A stretch of 63,972 nucleotides of DNA, counting the filler, from Reticulomyxa filosa (taxonomy: Eukaryota; Protista; Foraminifera): NCBI GenBank assembly GCA_000512085.1. It is 14 parts of 14 records of this genome, joined end to end, with 100 filler letters (N's around TTAATTAATTAA, not from the genome) between each part and the next. Parts side by side here need not be neighbours in the genome. Positions count along the whole stretch, not along the records: positions 1 to 13,193 come from ASPP01018021.1; positions 13,294 to 19,780 come from ASPP01009666.1; 12 more parts are not named here. One strand, 5' to 3'. Position numbers and translations under genes: made by a program. A model generated the notes under the pieces. The model was not told the origin of the DNA, did not search any database, and worked only from the letters and a program-made list of their open reading frames with translations. This document shows, piece by piece, positions 1-13,375 of this stretch (positions are counted from its first letter, which is position 1; the number at the start of each line of letters is the position of its first letter).

Positions 1-411
1 ACCAAAGGCAATGGCAACAACAATAGCAACAGCACAACTCCAAGCAAAACAAGCGCAGTAACGGCGCAAGATGTGCCATTGCCCTCCACTCCTTCATCTT
101 CGCTGTTTTCGTCTGGACGACCACAATATACCATTGGACACACAGCTACGACGACAATGATCACTGCAAACACAAGTATAAACACAAACGCAAACACAAA
201 TGCAAATGCAAATACAAATATAAATGCAAATGGAATGACAAACTCAGCTGCAAACAGAAACAGTGGTGACTCGAGTCAAACCCATTCAAATCGAGGCGAC
301 AAAGGAACCGAAGCAAAGAGCACTCCTGTGAATTCGCAATACAAGACTCATAGCGACAGCGCTCCAAGCAGTAATACAAACAGCAATAACAATAATAATA
401 ATAATAATAAC

Positions 412-463
<52 letters not shown>

Positions 464-3093
464 TGACAAAGACCATAGCCGAGAAGTACCCAGAACAAAG
501 TGGTGACGACAAGATCAAACGATTTCGGGTAGGTGACACTACAAAAGAAAAAGGGGAGTTTGGAAGAAGAGGAGGGGTACTATTAAACATTTGTAAAAAA
601 AAAAAAAAATGACCAGCAAAGAAAACGTGTTCCATTCAAGACATTGGAAAGTTCAACAATCGAAAACTTTTTGGAACGACGACCGAGCGAGTCGGAGTTG
701 TGGGAAAAGAATATTCTACCCTCGCTTCCGCCCTCGGAGCGCAGTTCATTGAAGAATCAGCGCAAACACAACCTACGACGCAAGTTGTCAATGGAAATTC
801 GGCCGACGGTGGAGCAATTGGAAAGACGGGGCATAATTCCAAAGGGCGGGATGCAGAATCCTACGGAGGCAGTGGAGCGAATAAAAAATCGTCGACAAGA
901 GAGCATGTATCAATTGGAAGTAAAGTTTTCGCAGCGTCCGGCAGCGCAGGATCTGATAACCAATGGTATCATGCAGCCACATTTGCAGGAGGAATTGAGT
1001 GAGGCCATTGTGGAGATTGACAGTCGGGACAGTCTGGCCACGCATCCTAGTGTTCGTCCACGCCTATTGTCCAATGAGTCGACAGGCATGCCGCCACAAG
1101 TATGGATGAGGCCTTCACGAGGCAGTCTGGATAGCGGCATCCCATTGCCGATGGAAGACAATCTCTCGCCACGAGCCTCCACGGACGCGGCTATGTTTAG
1201 TAAGAAGTCGGCGGACAACTCTACCGTGAATGGGATCGGTATCATCACCATCATGTCGCCTCCGACGCCTGCGCAAGTCAATGAAGACAACGAGTGCAGC
1301 GACGATGCGCTCGATATCGAAGCCAAGTGGAAGACCCATGTCAAGGTCAAATCCAAGTCGCAGTCGCATTTGCAAACACGGACCACACGTGGCTTGACGG
1401 TGGAGCTGAGGGAAATGATGCAAGAGCAGCTGAATGAGGTCTCGTTCCAAGCCGATACACTGCCTTTCCTCATCTATCAATTGCAAGACACGTTCAAAAA
1501 GTTTTGTGATGAAAAGCACGTCTTGCAAGACGCCGATGGCCCTTTGCTGTTCCAACAATTGCAAGCCATTCGACTTGCACATGAAAATGCCTTGGAAGAT
1601 CTTAAAAAAAAGTCGTGGGATGTCGTGGTCAAGCAAAAGAATAGGTCTCTTTTTCGAGCATTTCTACATTGCATTGATTTATTCGACCTTTGCATACGCA
1701 CAAAAAAACAAACAAACAAACAAAAAACTCTTTCATGTCTCTGCAATTTTATGCTTCATTTGTTACTATGGAAACACTAACGTAACAGATTTAAAGTCCT
1801 GGAAGAAAAGTATTATGAATTGGAAGAGGAAACACAAGAGTACCAACACCGATGTGAAGGGCTGGAACAACGATTGAGGGAGTACGAGATGAACAACAAT
1901 GCCAATGAAATACGACACTCGTCCAATACAAATGACAGCGAAAGTGACGAGTTAAAGAAAAATGGAGAATTTGCCTCGAAGGATCCTGTCTCGGTGTTGA
2001 GCATGCTTAGTGTTCAATTGTCCAATTTATCGTCGACAACAACAATAAAAAATCCTGAGATTGAAAATGTCATACAAAAAATCAAGGCCGAGGTTGAGAC
2101 ATTATCTCTTCGCAGGAAAGACACGCTAAAAAAAAATCAAGTAAGTCTGAGCGACTTGAGAGAGTCGAAACGTGACATTGAGAAATTACGCACTGAAGTG
2201 AAAATGCTCAAAGTCGAAAAACAGGAATTACTTTTAACACACGAAAAAGAAATCCGAAAGTTAAGATCTTCCTTTGAAATTAAATTGAAAGAAAAAAACA
2301 ACACGTGGGTGGATATGAAAAATGTATCCGACGTACGCTTGATTCAAGAAATGAATGAACTCAGAGACGAATACGAACACAAACTAAACGATCAACGCAG
2401 GCAGACCATCGAATTACGAAAAATCATGGACAATGGCATTGACAGAACCAAGGAATTGGAAGGTTTACTGCTTTTTTTTTTTTTCTTCTTCTTTCTTTTG
2501 TTTTTAACATGCGGGATGAACAAAAACAAAGTTCTTCTTTTTTATTTTCATATTTTTTTTAAACTTAATATACATTTTAGACATGAAGAAACAATTCCAA
2601 GAAAAAGATACTATGATCGTCAGATTACAACGGGAATTACACACTTCACAGCAAAAGAATAACGATTTGGAACAGGAAATTGTCCATCTTAAAAATCATC
2701 ACGACAATGAGAAAATGGCACAGAAACAAGCCGAACAAGAGATTGTCGTTTATAATCCCGAATGTGATATTTCACCCGAAATTACGTGGAGGATTAAATA
2801 TGTCAAGCTTTTGCATTGTAAACAAACTTTGGAAAAAAAAGTACTACAACTGTCACAGCAAATTGTTGATTTGTGCGCTGATTGATCAGTTGGCTGTTTT
2901 TTTTTTCGACATAGATTTTTTTCTCATTTCAAATATAACTTTTTTTCTTTTTTTTTTGTGTCCATGTTCTTTGTGTGTAATACCACTAAGTTTTTCTATC
3001 TTTTTTTTTTGGTCAACTTTTTGAGTAGCTGAAGCTAATACAAAGAATCAACAAGAAATTATTCTTTTGCAAAAAATTGCGACAATCAAGTAA
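1..3093 (+). CDS. RPEL-repeat (G-actin-binding) protein with Asn-rich N-terminus and C-terminal coiled coil; multi-exon, 5' end probably outside the window
   Basis: Three RPEL-like motifs at ~659-973 (ENFLERRPSESELWEKNIL; LSMEIRPTVEQLERRGII; EVKFSQRPAAQDLITNGIM). ORFs 1820-2662 and 2583-2885 are E/K/L-rich coiled coil. ORFs are separated by AT-rich GT..AG segments. 3' end approximate. Confidence 0.75.
385..461 (+). repeat. (AAT/AAC)n microsatellite encoding poly-Asn
   Basis: Directly visible trinucleotide run inside ORF 73-612. Confidence 0.95.
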
Positions 3094-3365
3094 AGAATCT
3101 TCATTTTCTGAAGTCAAGGAAGTAGAAATGATACCGTTCAATCAGAAAAATGCACGATGTTTAAATGTGTTCAATATATTAAATCGTACAGTTGAATTAT
3201 GATACAATCGCTAGAAATAAAAAAAATAAAACATTTTTACTTCGGATATAATACTCGAGCTATTCAACTGAAACTATGTCATTAAATAATTTTTGGATTA
3301 CTCGTCCAAAAGAACATTTTATTTTTCGTTTTTCTCCTTAAAATTCTTTTTTCATAATTGTCTCT

Positions 3366-6300
3366 ATGTCTCGAAACAATTCTGCCACTGCGTTACCCAA
3401 ACTCCCAGAGAGCGAGATTATTATCGCTCAGCCCAGCCCTGACTTAGTAGCAATGACTGCGGGAACAAAACGCGACAGTCAGAAACGTTTGTCACTCGAG
3501 CAAAAAGCAGTGCTAAAACAGATGCGAAAACAAAAAGCAGATTTTCATCAAAGAATTCGGCAACTGCCTGGTTCGAGTAATGACGAGCAATATCTCAAGT
3601 GAAAAAATTTAAAAACAGCAAAAAAACAAAGAAAATTGGCAATAAAAACATCCATCAAAAATATGTAAAGCAAAAAAAAAGTAAGTTGTTGTTGTAAATA
3701 TCACAGGAGCCGCCACGAAATCATGCAAGAAATAGTACAGCACTTGGGACACACTATGAATGTCTTCGACAGTCAGCGCTCGGCCAATGAATGGTTAACT
3801 GATGCTGCAATGGATTCTTTGCCCATATTTTGGTTTAAAGTTATTTACTGACAAAGTTCACAAAAGAGGTCCCCTTTTTGTGTCATTTTTTTTTGGTGTG
3901 ATTTATTTTTTTGTTGGGCTCTTCTTTGAGAATAAAACTTCTTTCAATCGTATTTTTTTAATAATATAAACAAATATTTCAGAAATGATTGAATTGTCAA
4001 TGTTTTTTTTTTTAAGACATAAAAAGATGGAAACAAAATCGAACAGATGCATCACTGGCAACCTGACGATATTCGATTTTTGTACGATTGCGTTGGCAAA
4101 CACAGAGCAAACTTGGAAGAGGAAATCAAAAAGTGTTATTTGGGCAGTGACAAAAAATCTACAGTTTTGTTTGTATTTTTAAGATTTTGAATACATTTAA
4201 TTGCAAACTGTATTTTGATTGAATGGGATGTATTCCTTTGCTTGTACAGAAATCCAAGTCCAAAAAACATATTCGAAGGGACAGCAAGCTGTACTTGAAA
4301 CAACAACAAATGTCCATTCGAAACAAACACGATCGTCATTCATCCATGATATTGTCAAAAAAGCAACAATCAGATGCTCTGGGAATAAAAATTTGGGATA
4401 TGTTCGTTCAATCACGTGGTGGCGTATCTCAATGTACTTCGATCAATGAAGATCAATGGAATATTGCATTGAATGACAATGGAATCGAAGTTAATCCGGA
4501 TTTATCTTTGGATTTGTATATTGCCTTGCTTGATGCCAAAGACAAAATAGATCAAATGAACAGCGAAGCTGTCATGTCCTCTCCAGAAGTGCGTGGTGTC
4601 TTGTTCTTTTCTTTCTTTCTCTCTTTTACCAACATCAACACAACAAATAAAAAGAAAGAACTCGATTCAATTTGGAAATGAAAATAAATGGTTTGTTTGA
4701 TAAAAAGACAAACACAGAGACACCTCATGGCGACTTTGCATCACCCACGGAAACTCCCATATCTCCTTTGGAGACAAAAGAAAGCACGCCCCCAAAAGAG
4801 CCTGAAAACGAGAACAACAATCCTCGAAACGAGGAAATGTCGCTGGAAGAAAAGAAAGCCAAAGTCGCTATTGAAAAGGCACGCATGAAACGTGCAGGAC
4901 ATACGCCAATGACAGTGGAGCACTTTAAAGCAATGATGGCGTTGATTCGTGACGAATTTGCCAAAAACAAGAAATTGAAATTGGCAAAAGCAACGGCTAA
5001 AGAAATATTAAAATTGGAAAACAATAAATACCTGCAATTGATTGTGCTGTGTCAAAAAGTGTTTGATGCAATTGTCCGTGGTGAAAAATTAGATGTGCAA
5101 GCGACGTACTTGACAGATAAGCTGACAGAAGAAGAGCTGAATGATTCCAAGTTTATTTTGAAAGAGCTTTCGTCACGTAATGCCGATTGGAGACGACGCT
5201 TGGATATTCTTACGCATGTGGAAGAGCATTTGGATGAATATGAATACTGTGAGGGATTAATTTCGGACGATAATGTTCAAGCGTTTGTGTACGGATGGAC
5301 CGCACAGATTTTGGATGATCGCTCGCATCTGTCACAAACCGCTTGTCGATTGTTTCCGTCAGTGGTGTCGTCTATTATTGGCCGTAAAGAAAGCGCTGCC
5401 TGCTTCTTTGAAGAAGGATTACTCGATTCGGTGTTTCTGGCCTTGTTCACTGTGGTGCGCGGCAAGAGAGCACCCGAGCTATGCAAAATTGGAGAAGTCG
5501 CTGCTGTCCAAATTATTGATATTTTGGCCAATGTGGCTGAAGGTTATGTTTGTGTCACTTTTTTTTTTTTTTTTTCTATCTTCTCTGTGTCTTTGCAATT
5601 GAACCATTGTGACAAAGTTCTCTCTGTCACATCACATACATACGCACAGGAGTGGAAGAAGAGGACGTTCATGCCAGAACAAAATCACACAGTGTTGTGT
5701 TGGAAAAGGCACTGGAGAAAATATCACGCCAACAAAAAGAACAAAAGCCGCTGAAACGAAATACCCAAGGTGGCAATTCGGTGACAGAGGCCAATTTCCG
5801 TTATAGATCTGCGCCACGCTCACCAAGAGCATCAGCATCCACCGGGTCCACCACTAGCAACGGAAACAGACGCTCTTTGTTAGGTCGAAATCGTGCGCCG
5901 ACCATTGATCGATTGGCGAAAATATATGAGACAGCTCCGGGCTCTCCTTCATCTTCTGGACCAGGCACCCCGAACCGGGCGGGCTCCTCCTCACCTCCTC
6001 CGAAGCGAGACTCGGCGCCACGTCGAAAAATCGATAAATCCTTTTTGGCGTCTAAAATCCGAATGAGCAAAGATTCGTACAACATGCTTCTGAAAATACT
6101 CTGCGATCACAGCACTTACGCTAGCGAAAAACACGAACCCGTCCGAGCAATTTGTCAGGTGTTGCTTGGATATTTGCTGTATGGGATTGAACAAAAGCAC
6201 AGCGAATCGGAAGACGGCAATTCCAAGGTTCCATCTTCGATCGGCGAGAGTGATCTCAAAGAAGAACTACACAAAGACAAAACGGGAGAACCAGACTTTG

Positions 6301-7060
6301 GTCTTAAGTCAGTTCGAATCAGTAAGATACCTGTTCGAGCTTTCTTATTGGACATTGAAGCTTTTCGTCAACTAGTAAAACAAGTTATCAGTCAAGGTGT
6401 TAATGACCGTGCTGAAAGTGCCCGTGGACATGCCATGAAATTATTACAAAAACTAGAAAAGACATTCAATCAGTTAAAATTACACAAATAAAGAAAAGAT
6501 CAAGTTTTGATAAACTAAAAATGTAACAATGTTTGTTTCTTTTGTCACTGTTGTATGGGTGGACATAACTGAAACAATCATTTCAGCCAAAATTTAGAAA
6601 AATGGTTTGATAATGACACATTGTACCGCTACACAAAATGGGCCAAACGCCAAGAGGGCCCAAGCAGCGCTAAGACTGCCAAAGTAACAAAGAAACCAAC
6701 TCACAATCCTCGCGCTAATCAAATGAATATTGCCGAAATGAAAGCTCAGGCAATGAAAAAAAAGAAGCAAGAGGCACAAGCGCCTGCTCGAAAAGACAGC
6801 GAACCAGATGCAACTAAAGAAAAATCAAAAGTATTAGAAACAGAAAAAAGACAAGATGGTGAAGACGTCGCTGAAGGTGATAATGAAAAAGAACAAGCAA
6901 ACGAGATCACAAATGGAGACGCAGAGAAGGGTGCTGATGTATCCACTACTACACAATGACATTTCATAAGCAAAGGGGGCACAGAAAATAAAAATTGAAT
7001 TGATCAATAGGATAGCAATTGACGATTTAGAAAGAAAGAAGAGCAAGAAATTCAATGAGT
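3366..7060 (+). CDS. CLASP-like TOG/HEAT-domain microtubule-associated protein (multi-exon)
   Basis: KELSSRNADWRRRLDIL, QILDDRSHLSQTACRL and GVNDRAESARGHAMKLL resemble CLASP-family HEAT motifs (DWxxR; DxRSxVxxxAC; GxxDAxxEAR). An S/P/R-rich basic linker lies at 5750-6060. Both ends approximate. Confidence 0.55.
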
Positions 7061-7659
7061 CGAGTTTTATTTTTTGCTGCTAACCCACGTCATGTCTTTA
7101 CTTTATTTTGTTTGATCAGTTTTTGTAATGTCTGTGATTTGTTTCTGTTCGTCAAACTTTAACTTTTTTTCCTTATGTTCCTTTTTGGAACAGAGGTGTT
7201 GTGTTGTGGTGTCGTTTTTTTTTGGCTGTAAAGTTTTTGCTTTTGCTTTTTTTTTTTCCTCATCTTTTTTCGTCTGCTGATGTTTTCTTTTTCTTGTCAA
7301 ATTGATTGAAAGAATCCAACTTTCTTTCGAATCTTCAATCACTCTTAGGGATCTGAAAATATTTGTTCCATTTTATTTTTGTGTGATTGTGTCTTAAAAG
7401 CACCAGCCAATCCAAGGATGCCAAGTTTTTGAGAAGTGGGCGTGTTGCTTGAAAAAAAAAATGATATTCAACTTTGGAAAAAATAGTTCTTTAAATTTAT
7501 TTTTTTAAACATTTCCTCGTAGTAAGTCCACATGGGAGATATTTATTAATGATCGTTTCGTTTGTTTATGTGCAAGAAGACGTGAAATCAGAGGATGTTT
7601 ACTGGCTCTGGTTTTGCTTTTTCTTTTGGGGTCAACGGTTTTGATAAAGCTCAATAACA

Positions 7660-10600
7660 ATGCGAAGAAATCTGCAAAGAGGAAAAATACAAACACGAAT
7701 CGCAACTCTAGAAGTGAATGTGCATGAAAAACTGGAATATCCCTTCAACACAACGCAAGACGTTATTAATTTTTTCTACACCAAACACAGGTCACGTCTG
7801 TAAAGTTTTGTCATACCAAAAAAACTTCAATTTTGTAAACTCAAAGAAAGATAGAGAGATTTAATATGAGTAATATCTTTTTTTTTTTGGTAGGCTTTTG
7901 CACCCTAATCAGCTAGAATCAATCAAAATTTTCGGCAAAGGAGAACAAATAATAGTGAAACTATCATTTGTAACGATATACCATTACGAATATTTTTGTT
8001 TGAAATTTAGGGATGTTGTCGAAAAGTATGACTTTTTTCCTGATATCAAAATGAAGTTGATCAGTTTGTGTCAGGAAAAAATGGAAAAACAATGAAAGAG
8101 CAAGTGCAATGTTTGAATAATATGCAGGGACAGATATCAAGAACATAGAGCACGGTCAACAAGATACTTTACGATATTAAATTTGTGTGCACAAATACGA
8201 ACTTATCCGATTGAACACAAAAAGCATGAATGGCGCGAAAACGACAGTGATCTGATCAGTCGTTGGGAGGGGACAGTACAAGTCGAATTTTCTGAAATAG
8301 CGAAGAAGATGCTGTTATATGTGATGGAAGAGCCCTATCAAAGACAGGTGCAAGAAGAAGTATATTACAACGGAGTGAACAAAAAGGTACGTTTAAGCAA
8401 TGAAAAGACGCCCCTCCATCGTTGTCCTCCGCCAAAGCTGTACATTGTACAAATTACTGCGGCCCAGCTTTCGTCATGTCGCATTAAAAAGAATGATGAA
8501 TGTGTTGGCATTGATCTGGAACTGTCCTCAATACCTGAAGTCGTATATTATGGCCAACCGACCCAAGTCGATTTTTGTGATTACTATGCACTACTTCTTT
8601 TTTATTATTGTTATAACGTAAATCTTTTTTTTAAAAAAAAAAAAAAAAAACAAGGACGAATGGGCAGAGCAAGATGCATCTGCCCAAGTTAAAGAAAACA
8701 AATGTCCTTACAAGGACATTTTGGGAGCATGTCCGCAAGCCGAGTGTCCTTATAACCACGATGCGATAGTTATGAAAGGACAACAATACAAAAAATTTAA
8801 AAAAGTTGAGATGACATAGCAACTTGTTTTGTTTAAAAAAAAAAAAAAAAAAAAAAGAGGGAACGTGATGTGAACATTGGAAACGAGACAAAATATTGGA
8901 AAAACCCGAAAATAGAAGACAACTCGATCGGAGAATACAGAGCGGCGCGTAAGATGTGCTGTGACTATGCCAGCGAGTTTAATGTGAATTGCGCATCTTC
9001 GCATTGCAATTGGATAGATGTATTGCCATTTGTGTGGATTTATCAATTAACATTTGTGATGGATCCAAAATGGAATAGTGAAGACTGTAAAATAAAAATC
9101 GACGAGCTGTATGACAGCTTGCAAAAGAATTGCAAAAGCATATTTGACCGTGGGAACAAGGAAATGAAAGTGGTGAATGACTTTGAAGAGAACTTTAAGT
9201 CTCACAAATTCAAAAGGCGCTTTCTCTGTTTCCCTCGTGTTTACTCTCATGGCAAGTATCGACCACTTTGGGTATACAATAGTATCTATATCGATCATCA
9301 GAATATTATCCGAAAGTTTCTGCAGGAATGCAATCAAAAGTTTGGGATACATCACTTGGTTGGCTTCTGCTTAGTCGGCTGTTTGGTGAACTATCCTCCA
9401 GTTGAGTTGTTTTGCTCGGTCTGTTGTTTCGTGTCGACTAAAAACAAGCAAACAAACAAACAAACAAACAAAAAAATCCTTGATGAATGAAAGCTGTTTG
9501 CATTGGAAGACATCAACGATATGCTCACAGGACAACTAAAAAAAGATATGAAAAAGAATGACACTCACGTATGGCAAGTGCTAGACAAAATGTCTCGCTT
9601 GACCAATGGACAAGACCAAGACCAGGACGAAGACAGACAATCTAGAAGAGCCAATGACAGAAATGAGGAGTATATTAATATGTGCGATCGACAAGGGAGA
9701 CGCAAGTACTCCAGTCTTTATGTGTATATTAATCACTTTAACAAAACTCGCTTCATTCGAATTCTCCAAGCCAAGCGCATTCCGATCTCGGAGAACAAGA
9801 CATTGGAAGGTCGATGTGAATGGGTTAAGGCTATCAAAGTTTTGCCTATTGGATATAACTTGACGGTTGGAATGGACAAAGTTATTCCTATTTTAAAAAA
9901 ATATATATACATATACATATATATATTTATTTATTTATTTATTTATTTATTTATATAACTTATCTCATTTGCTTGTTTGTTAATAATTATTTGGCTCATC
10001 AAATTGACGTAAATACCATTGATCATCGACATGTTGCAATCGAAACAAGTCGTGTCGCATGTTCCGCATGAAGCACCATCTTGATCAATCTCACAAGACA
10101 TTTCTAAAAATATCGTTTGCAAATGAAAATTGGAAAGCAAGGCCTAGCACTTATTGGGAGCAAGGCATGACACGAACGCAGGCAGCTGAAATACTATTGC
10201 GTGGCATCGTGGTTGCGCAAGCGTTATTTGAGTTGTTTTTTTGGAGTGATGGACAACTTCGTAGTCAAGAGGCGTGGCTGTATTCCACACAACTGTCCGA
10301 CTACTACAAACACATTTCCACGTAAGTTATCTCTTTGATTTGAGTCAACGAAATCCACCAATTGGTCTTTGTTTGTGTTGCTCTGCTCAGTGCTCGCAAC
10401 GATCTGGGAGACTTTCGATCGATTCAGAATCCACTCAAGAAAATGGCGCGAATGGGATTGGCGGTAACGGATACACTGACATTAGATCTTGTGAAATGGA
10501 CTGACATTGAATTTATCAAGGATCCGTGCATACAGGTACGTCGTACCATAACGAGAGAAGATGGCAGAGAGGAGCACAAAACAGAGTCCAAGGCATTGTC

Positions 10601-12631
10601 CGATGGCTGCAGCATCATTTCTAGAGATTGGTTGGAAGCAACTTGTCCTGGCATGAGCAATGATGTCATGAGCATGCAGGCACGTGTGGGTGGTGCCAAG
10701 TGTGAAATCATTAGTCTACCTCAAAGATGGATACGCACAATTATTATCGACGATGAAAGACGCAAACGTAGAAATGAAAACATTAGTGAACAAGAAATTG
10801 CCCAAGTACGCAATTTAAATCCTAAAGTGGTCATTACTGCATCCTCACACAAATTCGAATTTTCCAAAAAAAGCGAAATTGAAGTGGCCGTGAAACAAAA
10901 GGCCACTATCACGGGGCTTATGCAAATAAGGAGTTTGTTATTAATGCCCATTTTCATCACCAATGGTTGAACCAAAGTTTCGTCTGTTGATTTGCATTTG
11001 TGACGAACACACAAACTGTTTGCTTTACACAATCACAGATGATACTGGAAAGGGACATTTGAAAAATTTCGAAGATGAACTTTTTAAACATTTGGATAAT
11101 TGGTTACATTTGCTTTCGAGAGTACTTGACAATGAAGTGGACAGAGAAGATGCAATCGCCTTTGCGGAAAGTCGACTGCTAAAATTTGACATGATGGACT
11201 TTGTTGAAAGAGCCAAAGACACAACAACGCCATTGCTGCAGACACGAGATATTGACCCCCAATGGCTTGGCAAACTTCGAGAAAAGCAAAGGCATAATTA
11301 CAAAGACGGACCTTGTTTGGATTATTCCTGCAGAATTAGAGAGTATTTCACTTTTCTCATTATCTGTCGTCGTCAGTTATTTGTATTGGTATTATGTTGT
11401 TCAAAATATACACACAAACCACAGTTTCGAACGAAAAAAAGTGTATGGATGGGCCAAAAGGGCCCTTGGTGATTGTCTTCAAAAATTGAAATTTTTTTTG
11501 CCATGGCCTTCGACGCGAATGGCTGGGGCAGCAGATTTTAGCAAAATTTTAAAACAACAAGAAATATTTTTGCGCTTGTACGTCCCCTTGAATGTGACGA
11601 TCGACTGCAATCGCGACCCTTCGCAATGCACTGGTCGATTGGAGCCCTTTATGCTTCGTTGTCCCAAATGTAGACAAAAGAGATCCAACAATTGGATATA
11701 CGTTGGCCCGTGCGGGATTATTCGCAATCCGTGTCTCTATCCACGCGGTTATCGAAGATTTGAAGCGATCTACGACAAGCGTCTGGACGAACTCTATCCA
11801 GGCGAGTGTCTGCTGTTTTCCACCAATGAAAGCTGCAACGAGGTCCCTGTGTTCGAGTTGAGTGGTGGCGATCTGGACGGTGATGAATTCTTGGTTGTCA
11901 CACAAAAGGCTCTATTGCCGCTACCCAATATCGACACGGTCCTTCCTTCCTTGGATTTCGATAGCCAAGGGGAACAAAAGCTGCCCGATTACGTAAACGA
12001 CGTCAGTCTTGTCTCATTTTATCTCCAGCATCACACTTTTGAAAACACCTCCGAACTTGCTGTTATAATCTATTTTCATCTCTTTATTCCACACACACAA
12101 CCCAAAACAAATGTACATTTTTTGAGTAACTTGACAAGATATAGCAAGAACAAATTAGTCGTGACATTGTTTCACTGAATACACAAAACAAAAAAGCAAT
12201 TACACGATGCGTTTTGTGAGCACTTTGAAAATGGCGTGGGAAGCAACACTTGCATTGCAATAGCAAAGGCTCACTCTATTGCTGTAGATTTTGCCAAACA
12301 AGGCAAATCTGGGATTTTACCAAAGGGAATCCCTCGTCGAGCCGATATTGAAAAAAATAATAACCGAGTGTATCCACATCACATGGGAAAAATAAACGAT
12401 AAGTTAATGTTTTATTCTCAAAGCATTCGCGGACGATTATTCGATCGTGTGTTGAAATTTTTGGAAAACGATCCCAAATGCAAGAGTGATACTATTGACA
12501 ATCCTCACTGGAGAAAATATTATTTTATTAAACCATTGACTTTCTATAAACAATTGGAACAAAAAAAAACGCCACCGGACTTGGTTGCACAAGGATTTGA
12601 AAAATCGGACACGATGTATGAAATCGATTAA
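7660..12631 (+). CDS. Cellular (RNAi-type) RNA-dependent RNA polymerase with N-terminal CCCH zinc finger; multi-exon
   Basis: Ordered RdRP-family motifs: SDGCSIIS, SMQARVGGAK, IIRNPCLYP, catalytic LSGGDLDGDEFLV (DLDGD at 11870-11884), AHSIAVDFAKQG, YPHHMGK, YSQSIRGRLFDRV. CCCH finger at 8703-8759. The start (ATG 7660) and 3' end are tentative. Confidence 0.9.
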
Positions 12632-12792
12632 GTTCTTGTGTCTAGTTTGAATAAAGCTTTAAATTGTTTACATTTTTAAGTCAATCCTTACGCATAAATC
12701 TCAGACAACTTTTGTTGAACCTGTACCCGAGGGGAATAAAAATTTCTTTCAAAGAATTTCAAATTCAACTACATAAGAGTTTCAATAAAAAA

Positions 12793-13193
12793 ATGACAGC
12801 AAATTCCTATTCAACCGGAAACACGCGTCGAAATCGAGAAAGAGATCCAGTGGTAAATGTATTTCTAAGTTCCAATCCTTCACGCGTGTTTTCGGTAACA
12901 GTCCCGGCGAGCAAACATTGGAAAGACTTTTTAGACAAAATAAAATCCCAATTCGAATTGCCAGAAAACGTTGAAGTAACGCTAGAGATGGAAACAGTAA
13001 AAGACGAATATGCGGTTGTGGACACAAAACAGTCAGATATGAGCCGAATTCGCCACAAAGCAATATTTCGAATAACAGAGCTCGAAGAGATGAAAACATC
13101 ACAAGACGACGAAGCGAATAATAAAGCTCAAGATGAAAAAAAGAAGAAAAGCGGAGAAGAGCAAGAGGAGGATGAAGAAAGAGAAGATGAAGA
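12793..13193 (+). CDS. PB1/ubiquitin-fold-like domain with acidic tail; partial, either a separate gene or an RdRP C-terminal exon
   Basis: VVNVFLSSNPSRVFSVTVPASKHWKDFLDKIKSQFELPENVEVTLEMETVKDEYAVV has the beta-beta-alpha-beta pattern of PB1/Ubl folds. Runs into the contig end. Confidence 0.35.
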
Positions 13194-13293
13194 NNNNNNN
13201 NNNNNNNNNNNNNNNNNNNNNNNNNNNNNNNNNNNNNTTAATTAATTAANNNNNNNNNNNNNNNNNNNNNNNNNNNNNNNNNNNNNNNNNNNN
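13194..13293. other. Artificial contig spacer (first of 13)
   Basis: N44-TTAATTAATTAA-N44, giving stops in all six frames. Identical spacers at 19781-19880, 28638-28737, 30793-30892, 37326-37425, 39591-39690, 40975-41074, 45240-45339, 47552-47651, 48983-49082, 57524-57623, 59237-59336 and 62402-62501. Confidence 0.99.
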
Positions 13294-13333
<40 letters not shown>

Positions 13334-13375
13334 GATAAAAACAAAAAAGTATATTTATTTTTTGTTATCTCTTAC

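Noticed and set aside
161-635. Poly-Tyr/Ile/Leu ORFs here and at 13884-14208 and 59800-60012
   Set aside because: They are alternative-frame readings of (AAT)n microsatellites.
10362-12631. RdRP as an endogenous RNA virus or a DNA-dependent RNA polymerase subunit
   Set aside because: It has DLDGD with cellular RdRP motifs and spliceosomal introns. There is no viral GDD palm context and no NADFDGD.
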